A stretch of DNA of 46,456 nucleotides. Source: Vitrella brassicaformis CCMP3155. Taxonomy: Eukaryota; Protista; Chromerida. The notes below the pieces were generated by a model. That model ran no database searches. It was not told the DNA's origin and saw only the letters and a list, made by a program, of their open reading frames with translations. Location: NCBI GenBank assembly GCA_001179505.1, contig CDMY01000593.1, positions 1 to 46,456 on the forward strand, in the 5' to 3' direction. Below, in pieces: positions 11,464-23,700 of this stretch. Each line of letters opens with the position of its first letter. The stretch's first letter is position 1. The position numbers and the translations under genes were made by a program.

Positions 11464-11706
11464 AACACGCACACACGAAGGTCTAGAGAAGAGCTAAAGA
11501 GCTCTCTCTCTCTCTCTCTCTCTGTCTGTGTGTGGTAGGGGTGGGTTAGAGGGGCTGCAGAGGCTCTTTGATGAGCAGTGCAGTGTGCACCAAGACACTG
11601 ACTGATACACATACACACAACACACCGTTACCACGTAATATATTATGGGATAACGCATTGGTACTAGTGCGTGTCTGTCTTTGTCTTCCTCTGCCATCCC
11701 ATCCTT

Positions 11707-11811
11707 CCATGCCCATGCACACAGCGAACGGACGGACAGACAGACAGACACCATATGCTCGCATGGATGGATGTCTGTCCGTCCGTCTGTTCGCTGTGTG
11801 CATGGGCATGG
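11707..11811. repeat. Long inverted repeat / hairpin
   Basis: 11707-11729 is the exact reverse complement of 11789-11811 (23 bp). 11730-11741 pairs with 11773-11784 (12 bp) after a 4-nt bulge, leaving a 31-nt loop. Confidence 0.9.
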
Positions 11812-12987
11812 GAATGGATGGATTGATCCCGATCGGTGTGTGGTGTGGATGGAAGCCATTGGAAGGATCCCGAATTGCCGTGAGTGGAAAGTCCCATGTG
11901 CAGCTGTACGCATGCACCCAACCACTGTCTGTCTGTCTGTCTGTCCGTCTGGCCGCTCCCCTGTCTGCCAGCCTGTCTGTCTGTCTGTCTGATTCCATGC
12001 ATGGCACACATGAACTAAATATGCACACACTAGCTAATGGAGGGAGGCAGCTAATGAACCGATGAAGAAAACATGCAGCACAGTGTAGGGAGCGAGATGG
12101 AGGGGGGAAGGGGGAAGAGAGAGAGAGAGAGGGAGAGATGGGGAGAGAGAATGGGAGGCACCCAGCAGCCATAGTGACTGACACAAATATAGAAAAAACA
12201 CCCACGCACCCACCCATCACCAGGAACGCGCCCTTCCAATTGTGCAGACAGGCATGTAGCCAGCCTGCCTGCCTGCCTGCCTGTGGCCACGTGTGTATCA
12301 ATCTTCCCCCTGCCCGTGTCCTGTCCGTGTGTGTATGTCTTTCTTTCTTTCTGTGCCTCTGTGTGCATATGTGCATCTGAAAAACTGCCTTCTGCTGCAC
12401 ATACACACACATACACAGACACTCGCTCAGGGAGGGATGGTCAGTGGAGGGTGGGTTGGTCGGTCGGCTGACACACGACAGACAGACACCAACAGAGGGA
12501 AGCCTGCCCGCTGTAAAACCTGATGGAAGGGGATAGATAGATAAACTACCAATAAATACACGCAGCATGCCATCCGCCCACCAACCCCCCCACCACAGAA
12601 AGGTGTACGTGCGCACCAACAGGCAGCTTGCTTCACGTACCTCACACACATGACATGCACCACACACGTCCAGACAGACAGACATACACCCACCCCCCTA
12701 CCCGCCCCCTCACCTCACCGCATGGGACGCAAAAAGGCGGAAAGGGCGGGGAGGTCACCCACTGATCCGCTCGCTCTCTCATTTCCTGTGTGCGTATTGT
12801 ATTCATTGACTGACAGATACATACATACCATCAACACACATGCGACAAAGGGCAGCAGAGGCCTCCCCTCCCCTGCCCCTCATCCGAGATCTATCGGTTC
12901 ACATGAGTGACTCACCTTCATTCGCTCACTCGCGACCTCCCTCCCCCTCCCCCTCCCCCTCTCTCTGTCTGTGTCTATGTGTGTGTG

Positions 12988-15900
12988 TCAGACACACACG
13001 CCGCGTATAATCGAGTCGCCCGGTCCAGTGATCACACAGAGAGATGAGATGTAGTTGAAGACAAAGAAGAGGGTCATGCTGCCGCCGCTGAGGCACCAAA
13101 AGCCAAAGTACCCACCCCACCGCTTCTGCCAGCACCGGGCCATCCCCGCCCCCACGTCGTACCCCTCCACTATGTCGCCCAGATCCCTTTCCTCCTTCCC
13201 CTCTCCGCTGCCGTCGGACTCACCCCTCTCCCTCTCCCTCCCCCCCTTGCTGTCATCGGCTTCTCCACTCTCGTAGAAGTGCATCTGCTGCTTGAGCTTC
13301 CACACGGCAAGGTCCCTCTCTTCGCCAGTGGTGGTGAGCTCGGGGTTGGAGATGGGGGTGGGTGCGGGTGTGGGCGTGTGGGGTCTGTACTTGTACCTGT
13401 CGGTGGGGACACACACGGACGGGGTGGGGACGCAGTCCAGGTTCCACATGTAGCCGCACAGACACGGGATGCGGTCCGGCAGCACACCCAGGATGAAGTC
13501 GCCCAACAGTTCACCTGATTGATTGCAGGTGACGCATGCATATGGCACCCACAGCACACGATGGGTGGAGTCGAGCTTGCCTTCGTGCAGTGCAGGGATG
13601 TCTGTGTGTCTCTCTCTCTCACCGGCGATCTGTATGAGCCCCTGCATCCATATTGTCCGTGGGCTGAACACGCCCTCAGAGCTGATCGCGAAGGCCCACA
13701 CCAAGAAAGGGGCCAGCAGGGCCGCATACGTCTCACCTGCGCACACACATCCCCCCCCCACACACGTGTGACAGGTTGACACGTCCCCCGCCCTCTCTCT
13801 CTCTCTGACCAAGGAAGTGTGCAATGGGCACGGAGTCGTAGAAGATTCTGGCTTCAGGCGTCCGAAGGTGCCTTGACAGCGGCATGCTCCGCACCTCCCT
13901 CGCATAACGCTCACGGAACTCACGGCTCGTCTCGTCCTCTTCCTCCGGCGGGGAACACCCAAACCATGCCCACCCCCTCCCCCGCCCCCGCCCCTTCTGT
14001 TGCCCATCTGCCGAGGCATGCTTGCTCTGTGTGGGCCGCCCGGGGGTCAGCGCGTGCAGCCCCGACCACTCCGGCTCCTCCCTCTCTGGGGCTGCATGCC
14101 GCCGGTGTGTGTGTTGGGTGGTTTGCCGCGGCGGGAAGGGCACCTTGATGGGCGACACCTCTCTCGCCCCTCTCTCGGCGGCTGGCGACGCCATGCGGCC
14201 CCTCTTGCGGCGTGACGCCTCCGCCATTGCCTCTCGCAACGTGGTCTGGTCCAGCCCACCAGAGAGAGAGAAGTACGCCGCCCCCTCGTCATAGCCTTCG
14301 TCGTCACTGGTATCTGACTCTGAATCCGGCTCGGGCGGCGGCGGCGTGCCGAGAACCAGCTCCTTGACGACGACCCGCGGCCACACCTGCCCCTCCCTCT
14401 CGTCAGCGGCCGGCTGCATTTCGCTGTCAGAGCAGAAACTCTTGCAGGGCCGCAGACAGCTGGGGGGAGGGGTCACGGTAGCCGGTGTTGGGACGTCCCC
14501 CGGGCCGAGAGATCCCGCATCGGAACCGCCGTGGATTGATGGCGGCGCCTGATCCGCCGACCGCCATAGCACGGGCCGCATCAAGGGGTGCTCTGATAGC
14601 AGGGGCGGGTGGGTGATGGCCGGCATGTCAGCCTGTTGGGGGGGCAGCGGGGGCTTGGGAAAGGGATCCCTGACACACATATATACACACACACACACAC
14701 AGAGAGAGAGAAAGGGAGGGAGAGAGAGGGAGAGGTAATCGTACAAGTGTGTGTCTGGATGGATGGATGGACGTGTGACACCACCGCACCTCAGTCGGAT
14801 GCTCTGCCGCTGAGCCAGCGGCTTCGCAACGGGCGCCTGTGCCACGAAGCACCGCTCCCTCAGCTCCTCAGTGTGCGCGAGCGACCGAGTGCCGGTGACG
14901 TCGGTGCAGACGGATGACCGGTCGTCCGCTTCTTCTGGGGGCGCCTCTGACGCAGCCGCCGGCAGCGGCGTGAGAGAGGGGGGCATCCCACAGATTGTCG
15001 GGGAGGGGGGCGTGGAGGGCAGACTCGCCTCAGGGAAGCTCACCTCCGGTGAAGCCTCACTCGCCGCCAGCTCACACATTTCGGGATACGACCTCGCCCG
15101 GGTGGTGCGCCTGGCCTCTCGCATGGCCCCCTCCCTGGCGTGTGTGCTCGTCACCCGGTTGGCCACCGTCTCATTCCGCCGCCTGACGCTCTCGCGGTTG
15201 ACCAACGACACGACGTGGGCGTCATTCACGTGCATCGGCACCCTCGCGAACCGCTCGTCGCAGTCGAGCTGTAGCAGGTCATAGACGGCCCATGAGGAGG
15301 TGGAGTCCTCCTGTGACGGCGAGCTGCTGTCCCCGACGAGCCCTACTGCGCCGGGGCGGGTGAGATTGGGGGGGCTGGAGGAGCTCAGGGGCCGCGCGGC
15401 CATGCGTGCGCTGATGGGTGTGTCGTCGTGGGATGGGGCGGCAAGGGGGATGGAGAGGGTCACGGGGAGAGAGGGGAGGGAGGGCACAGACGGGGGCGGG
15501 GTGGCCATATCCTTCTGAACATCTGCCTGGACAGCAATGGGGGTCTCGTTGTCGTCATAACCATCACCCTTGTGCACGAAAACCGTCACAAGTTCCTCCG
15601 CCACCATAGCCGCCTTGGGCGAAACCGCCGTGGTGTCGTCCCTCGTCAATGTGTCTGACACGCGTGTGCTCTTGGTCGACATTGGCAATGGCAGCTGCTT
15701 GAAGTGCTTGATCTTGATCTTGATGCATCCCCCCTCACCATTACCACGAGCGGGGCTGTTGCTGGGCCGCCTGTGGCAGAGCAGTGGCCGTAGGATGCGG
15801 TTGCGGATGCACTGGATGAGGTCGGCCACGAGTAGGTCTGTCTCCTGGCAGAATTTGTGGAAGCGCAGCTCCATCAACAGAGACACCAGCTCGGCGGCCA

Positions 15901-16403
15901 CGCCCATCCAGGGGTCCGTTATGGTACCCTGAGTGAGGCACACACAGTACTGACAGGTGTCCGCTGCTGGCTTGTGTGTCTGACCCACCTGAAGAAATCT
16001 CGATGCGACGGCGAAGTAGGTGACCATGTGCAGGTAGAGCGCATGCCGATACTCCACACGGACAGTCGTCATGCGAAAGGCCGTCTGACACCACACACGC
16101 ACGCACACACACACACACACCATGCCGTCCTCTCCCTCCCTCTCTCCCGCATCCCCCTCTCCCTCTCTCTCTTTCACGTACGTACCACTCTGGCCATGTA
16201 GAAGCAGACCTCCGACACGAGCCACAGGAGCAGCCGCAGCACCAGCTTCCACACATCGGTGAGCAGCAGGGCCTGGTCGGTGACCACGTTCTGCGTGAAG
16301 AAGACGAACACCGGCCAGAGCATCAGGTTCTGCAGAGCCTGGAATCTGAAGCCCGGCGGCGACCACGCCGGGGATATGCAGATCGACCATACTATGAAGC
16401 TGA

Positions 16404-16439
<36 letters not shown>

Positions 16440-17264
16440 ATGGCATCGGGGGGAGGGATGCGTGTGTGGCGTGTTACACACATGGCGTAGTGAGGTATTC
16501 TGGCGACAGGGAACGAGACGGCGTCCGGGTGGGCGAACCAACGCAGCAGGTACTCAAGCACAACCAACAGCACCCCACCCTGCGTGTCGTGTCAGTCACA
16601 CCACACACCATAGACACAGAGCGACTGACTTTGCTGGGCGGGCCTGCGTGTCGACGTGTTCGCGAAATATAATATACCACGAAGAGGCACCACCCTGCGA
16701 TATAGATGTGTCGCCTCGCCGGCTGCTTGGGCTGCAGGATGCCATTCAATGCGATCGTCCACACTGACACACACACACACACACACAGAATCAGTGCTTT
16801 GTTCGTGCGTCCACCCGTCACCTCCACCCCGCTGCTTACTTACCGATGATGAGGGCGGACCTGACAGCATCCCCGATGGCCCCCAGCAGCATCAGGAAGA
16901 AGGGGAAGAACCCCCCCGGCCCCAGCCGCCCTCCATCATTCCAGCCCTTGCCCGCCTTCCTATACCCCCACTTGGACCAAAAGGTCGCCGCCAGCCCCTC
17001 CCTATGCAGCAGCTTCGCCTCGTGGGCGAAGTAGAGCATGAAGAGGGCCTGGACGGCCAGCTGCACCAGCACCGCCCCCACGGCATAGAACTGGATGTGC
17101 AAAACGGTGCGCAGAGAGGCTTTCCTCGTCTGCTGCTGCTGCTGCTGCTGGTGGTCGGGTGTGTGTGTGTGTGAGTCGGTGTGGCCATGTGTGTGTGAGT
17201 CGAGTGCAGGAAAAGTCTTGCTGGGTGCGTCTGTCTTGCTAGAATGGTGGAGGGGGAGGGACAT
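12988..17264 (-). CDS. Large polytopic membrane protein (~10-12 TM) with a long low-complexity loop; unknown function
   Basis: Successive spliced hydrophobic exons (FYAVGAVLVQLAVQALFMLYF; FFPFFLMLLGAIG; IYIAGWCLFVVYY; LMLWPVFVFF; ALYLHMVTYFAVASRF; LLAPFLVWAFAIS; FGFWCLSGGSMTLFFVFNYISSLCVI) surround a Pro/Ser-rich loop at about 13800-15750. Both ends are approximate. Confidence 0.75.
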
Positions 17265-18372
17265 ATCTATCTGCGATGGATGCAGTGGGATGACCGGCTG
17301 ATGGATCGATGGATGGCGCACTCTCTCTCACACACACGGAAAGAAAGACAGAAAGAGTGAGGGATAAATGCTATGTACGTACGATTGCTCACGGACGGCT
17401 ACGTGGTGCGGTAGGAAGAATGGCGCCCCTCACCCACACACCCACACACGCACACACACACACACCTGCCTGCCTGCCTGCGCAAAACACAACTGATTCC
17501 GCAATATGTACACCCCGCTGTCTGTTCCCCTGTGTGTGGCTCTGCCTCCCTCCCTCCCTCCCTCCCCCGCCCTTCACGCTTTTCAGCGCTGTCGCGTGTG
17601 CTCAAGGCCAAGTGTTATCTACCCATGTGTGGTGGCGCTGCTGCAGAAACAAACCGGCCCCGACTGACTGACTGACGTGCACATTGCTGCACTGCATCGC
17701 CAAAGCATCGATTCGATACACAACAGAGAGAGGCACATGTACACCCGAAAAACTACACAAGCAAGCTTGGGCCCGCCCAGACAGACAGACGGACCACTAC
17801 GTTGGCAAACGAACGAACACAATGCACTCCACACACATTGACTCACTCAGACAGACAGACAGACAGGCCGACGGACAAAGACAGCCAGACAGACAGATCA
17901 GACAATTAAGGAAAACGCGCCGCGCCCTTTCGTCGTATCGTATCTTCCTGCCGGCAGCACAGACAGCAAGATCCGCCCAGCCTTTCACTCAACGTCAACG
18001 ACCACTGAGTCACTGACGGAGACCGTTACGCACCGATATTAATAGCACACTTCTGCAGACGCTCGGCAGCCTCTCGTCCTCCACCTCTGACCATTCGCTT
18101 GGCGTTTCCTTCCTGGCACCGGTCCATCTGCAAGCTAAGCCGATTCCTCGGATCTGCTGGCAGGCGGTTTGTGGAGGCTCCTCTGCCCTGCCCCTTGCCG
18201 ATATCGCTGACGCCGGCAGCAGCAAAGCGAGAAGTGCACTCGCTGAAGAAGACTCTATTCGGACCCCCTCGGCTGTGAGGTGCGCTCTGCAAAGGCAAGA
18301 AGGGCGGCACTCTGCTGCTTGTAATGGCCTTCCTTCCTCTGATTCAGCTTGTCCCATCCCATCTGTCCAACG

Positions 18373-19972
18373 ATGCCGGCAATGCCGAAGCCACTGTCAG
18401 TGTCGCCAGGATCGACGCGCATCGGATGGATTGGCACCGGCGTCATGGGCGGCGGCATGTGCGCAAACTGCATACGAGGGGTGGGTGGGCGGGTGGACCG
18501 GTGGGCAGGGGCGGCCGTGGACGTGTGTGTCTTTTGCACTGCCTGTCGGGGTGAAAGTCTGTCTGTCTGGCTGGCTGTCTGCGTAGGGCTACTCGGCCAC
18601 TGTGTTCGACCTTTCCCCTTCCAAGTGCGCGCCGCTCGTGGAGCTGGGTGGGTGAGGGCAGGGCAGCCGGCCTCATTTGCAACAAGCCGAGAGGGCATGT
18701 GTGTGTGTGTGTGTGCAGGTGCGCAAGTGGCTGGTTCGCCCAAAGAGGTGGCCAATGAAGCTGACGTGGTGTTCCTCTGTGTGGGCTTCCCTGAAGACGC
18801 TGAGAAGGGTACGTACGCTGCCTGACAGACGAACGATGCTCTCTGCTTTGAGAGTGTGTGGACACCCTTCCTTCTTTGTGTGTGTGTGTGTGTGTGTGTG
18901 TGGCCGTTGGTTCAGCCATAGTAGGTGCTGACGGCACTATGGAGGGCCTCAGGCCAGGCGGCATCATCGTCGACATGACAACCAGTAAACCCCTCACCCA
19001 TTCACCCCCACACACACCTTTTCCCTGCACCACCTTCGTGTGTCAGGCAAGCCCTCCCTCTCTGCAAGCATCGCCGAGCGTGTGGCTCAGCAAGGCTGCT
19101 ATGTCATCGACGCGCCCGTGTCGGGCGGGGACGTGGGTGCGCGTGAGGGCCGGCTCGCCATATTCTGCGGTGGCGACCGGTCGGCGTTCGATGCGGTGCG
19201 GCCGTTGCTGGTGTGCATGTCGAAGGAAGAGGCCATCCACCACATGGGGCCGGCGGGGAGCGGGCAGCACATGAAGATCACCAACCAGATACTCGTGTCA
19301 ATCAACCTTATCGGCGTCGCTGAAGGTGCGCGAAACACCACACACCCACTGCACTGCACTGAGCCTTCAATCCTCCAGTGCATGTGTGTCTGTGGGTGTC
19401 GGTGTGCAGGGCTGCTGTATGCTCATCGTGCGGGGCTTGACGTCGAGAAAGCCCTCGCCGGGGTCTCTAAGGGGGCGGCCGGCTCATGGTCAGTCAAGTC
19501 AGACCAGCCGGCGACACACACGGACAGACAGGCAGCTTATCTCTCTCCCTCCCTCTCTCTCTCTCTCCCTCTCTGCGCGTGGCCTTCAGGAGTCTGACGA
19601 ACTACGGCGATCGCATCCTGCGTCGCGACTTCAAGTGTGGGGGCAGCGTGGCGCTGTTCGTCAAGGACCTCCGAATCTGTGTGGAGGAGGCCAACAGAAT
19701 GGGTCTCGCGCTGCCCGGCCTGGCACTCGCGCATCAGCTGTACGTGGCCATGCAGGTCGGTGGGACAGCACACACATACACACACACACAGAGAGAGAGT
19801 GAGAGAGAGAGAGAGAGAGGTGCACGTCTGTGGTGTGGTGTGGTGTGGTGTGGTGTGCGGGGCGGTGTGTGTCATTTAGGCTCAGGGCGACGGTGATGCG
19901 GCCATTCACGGGCTGACGCTCGCCTTGGAGAGACTGAATGGCGTCAAGACTCTGGGAGACTACACCAAGTGA
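18373..19972 (+). CDS. NAD(P)-dependent beta-hydroxyacid dehydrogenase (3-hydroxyisobutyrate dehydrogenase / 2-hydroxy-3-oxopropionate reductase family)
   Basis: RIGWIGTGVMG (Rossmann fold), ADVVFLCVGFP, IIVDMTTS|KP, DAPVSGGDVGAREGRL, GSGQHMKITNQ (catalytic Lys) and FVKDLRI; multi-exon, stop at 19970-19972. Confidence 0.93.
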
Positions 19973-20743
19973 CGAAGTGCCTCACCCATCGGTGATCACT
20001 CAGTCCGACTGAGTTGGTGGCATTGTGTCGTCGTGTGTTGTGCGGACGGCACGGCACTGGATGGATGGATGAGTGGATGGATGGATGGTCCTCGGCATTT
20101 TCAGTGAGTGTCGGGCGGGGCGGGGCTAGTGCGGCTGGTGTTGATAGAGATCAGAGGGAGGCTAGGGCTGCAGGTCTTTCCGGCCGGCACTAGGTGGTTG
20201 GTTGGTACTGATGGACTGACTGCTGGCGGCCCCTTCGTTCGTTCGTTCGATCGTTCGTCGGTGCCGCTTGCCAAAGCGCAGGCAGGCAGGCAGCGTCGAT
20301 GTGACACACACACACACACAGACATGCAGGGAGCCAGGCAGACAGCATACCACACCGTGACTAGTACTACAGTGGCTGGCTGGCTGGCTGGCGCAACGAA
20401 ACGACAGACCCCACAGGCACACCACAAACACTCACACACAGCTAGCCTGGCGCGGTCTCATCTCGTCTCATATCGTCTCACATGGGGTTTGGTTTTGATA
20501 AAGTTCACATAAAGACAGACACACACACACCCAACACGTACACATCAATGGCAGGCAGGCACCACAGAGGCAAAAAAAAGCTCGCGACAGGCAGGTAGGT
20601 TTCCGAGCCGCCCCGAGTGTGTGCAGGCCAGTCTGCAGATCTCTGTGCCTGCAGGTGGACCGATCGCCCCTCAGACCACTTGGCAAGCCGCGCAGACACA
20701 CACACACACACACGGAAGGACTCACACATACATAAGGGTAAGG

Positions 20744-23700
20744 TCATCTGGGTGCCCCCGTCCGCCGGTGGTCATCGTCTTCCACAAAGTTGCGGAACTT
20801 GACGACGTTTGGGTCTTGCCGGCCGATGAAGCAGTAGCCGCAGCTGCGCTGGAGGCAGGCCCAGTACATGCGGCCGCTGCACACACAGAGAGAGAGAGGG
20901 GGGGGGTATGTGTGTGTGTGTGAGGGGGGGGCTCGCTCACCAGATGAAGCATGAGACGAGGCAGCCGATGAAGAGCAAACACACCGCGACTATCAGTCCA
21001 ACTACACACACACAGAGACACACACAGAGGGATGGCTGGCTGGCTGGCTGATGCCGCTCAACCAAGGGCACATGTCTTCACTTGGCTTACACATCCATCC
21101 AGGCATGTCGTTGGATGCGGGCAGCTTCTCATCGGTCTCCTCCATCGCCCACTGCCTCTCGATCGCCGGCACACCGCCAGACAGCGACTTGGTCAGCACT
21201 TCACGACCAGGACCACTCAACACACCTGACAGAGAGGCGTGAGTGACGGCCGTCACACGCTCGTGTGTGTGTAGGAGTGTGTGTGTGGGGGGGGAGAGAG
21301 GGGGGGGGAAGGAGGGTACCTACCTTCATTGAGCAGAGTGACCCGCGCGTTGCCCTTCCCCCCGCTGTAGCTCTGGAAACCCGCAATGCTGCACGCCACA
21401 CACACACAGACACAGTGCACCTGTGCTCCTGTGTCAATCACTGCATCCCACCTACCGACACCCACACACACCTGTTCCATGTGTTCTTGTCTGTGTCCCA
21501 GTGCTGGAGGGACATCGGCGGCGAGGGGGGCTCCTTCGACGGCCAAAACTGATGGATGGATGGAGTGGACACACACACACACAATGGACAGATGCAGGGT
21601 GGATGGATTGATGGTACCTGGACGCACTGCACGGTGTGGTTAGTGTCGTAGTGCACCCCGATCCACCCCTCCCACGCCCGGCACGACCGCCTCCTGCACG
21701 GCGACACCCACGCCTCCATGCCGTTGCCCACAAGGGGGTCACGCCCGTCAAACGCCTGGCAGGCACCGCACACACATTGTGTCTGTGGGTGTTTCTTGAG
21801 TGGCGTGAGAGGCGTGGTTTGTTTATTGCCTTTTTTGCGTTGTCTGACGGCTCCCTCCTTCGTGGCTCGCCGTTGCTGGTGATGTCCACGGTGTTGTCTA
21901 GTGGCATGCCGAGGTCGTGGGGAATCGGCTCGCGGCAGTGCCGATCGGCGAAGAACCTGTAGATCAGACGCGCACACGACACACAGACACATACACACAC
22001 GTGGCTGTGGGTGTGGGGTACTTGATCTCAATGATTCCAAAATGTTGGCTGGTGGGGTGCGTGTTGACCAGCCGCCACAGCCGACTCGTCGGCACCTCAA
22101 GAGCTGCACACACACACACACACACACATCCACAATACACCCACCCATCCTTCGGTGCTTTGCTTGGTCACCTCTTTCGCACAGGTCGCCGGCAAAGTTG
22201 GCCGGGCAGTCACAGTGGGCAAAGTTGACGGCCTCTATACAAGTGCCGTCGTTGAGGCATGGGCCCTCCTCACACTGACCCACCTGACCGCCACTTGAGC
22301 TGGAAAGGGCAGGCGCCAAACCTGGCACTCCTGCACACACACAGGAGATAGACACCCCTTCTGTCTCTCTCTCTCTCTCTGTCTGTGTGTGTGTGTGTGT
22401 GTCTGAGGGCGGAGGGGTGGAGGGGTATGTGTGTCAGCGGACTGACCTTCTCTGGGCGCGTCAGTGCACCTCATGGTAGGGAGTGCGGTGCCGTTGTCCG
22501 TCTTGAGTGAGCCCACGACCGTGGTCGTCCTGCGGATCTCAAAGCGGTCCAGCTTCAGACAGAAGTCGCTGTCGAACCCATCTACACAACACACACACAC
22601 ACACACACACATGTGTGTGTGTGTGTGTGTCCGGCTTCACTGCACTGCACTTTTCACCGTAGCAGAACTGCTTTCTGTCTTTGGTAGGGCTGCCCGCGCC
22701 GTAGGGGATCCCATTGGTCAGCGTCGGGAGGCCATACTGCTCTGCGGTTATGTACTGCACATCACATCCACCCCCCCCCCCCCCCNNNNNNNNNNNNNNN
22801 NNNNNNNNNNNNNNNNNNNNNNNNNNNNNNNNNNNNNNNNNNNNNNNNNNNNNNNNNNNNNNNNNNNNNNNNNNNNNNNNNNNNNNNNNNNNNNNNNNNN
22901 NNNNNNNNNNNNNNNNNNNNNNNNNNNNNNNNNNNNNNNNNNNNNNNNNNNNNNNNNNNNNNNNNNNNNNNNNNNNNNNNNNNNNNNNNNNNNNNNNNNN
23001 NNNNNNNNNNNNNNNNNNNNNNNNNNNNNNNNNNNNNNNNNNNNNNNNNNNNNNNNNNNNNNNNNNNNNNNNNNNNNNNNNNNNNCACACACACACAGAC
23101 ACAGACCCACGTGGATGGATGCACGCAGGCAAAGCGTCACGTGTCAGTATCGTCTGCAGACAGGTCTGTACCAGAGTGGTAGGCATCGGCTGTGGGTGTT
23201 GCTGGTCGGTGCGCGGCGAGCCGACGCGCGTGACGCCCCACCAGATGTGGTAGATGGTCCCGCGGATCAAACGGCTCCAGTGGGGATACCTGCAGGCAGC
23301 CATGGTATCGACACACACGTGCATCTCTCTCTCCCTCTCTCTCTCTGTGTGTGTGTGTGTGTGTGTGGTGGTCAGGCCGTCAATCCATCAGCACCCACCG
23401 GCCCACCCACCCGTTGACGTCGGCGACACGCGCCCACACGCCGTTCCAGATTGCAGGTGAGAGGCCGTCGTACCCTCGCGCAGGCAATCCACTCAGCTCC
23501 AGACCATCGCACGACTCCGATGGCGGTGGCGAAGAAACTGCTGTGTGTCGACACACACACACACACACATGGAGGTGCGGTGGTTTGGTTGATGTATGTG
23601 TCCATGTGCGTGCGCCTGCTCACCTGGTGGTGGTGGTGGTGTTGGTGGGTCTCTCGGCTCTGCTGGTGGAGGAATAGGCTCCCCCCATTTCTCATAGTCT

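Noticed and set aside
11494-12910. Many overlapping ORFs in the 11.5-12.9 kb spacer
   Set aside because: Their translations are dominated by microsatellite-derived residues (TDRQ, CVC, HPS); no coding signal.
13733-16573. 946-aa ORF as a single exon
   Set aside because: It reads through several microsatellite introns (CVCVCV, EREGEG tracts), and parts of the real protein are in other frames.
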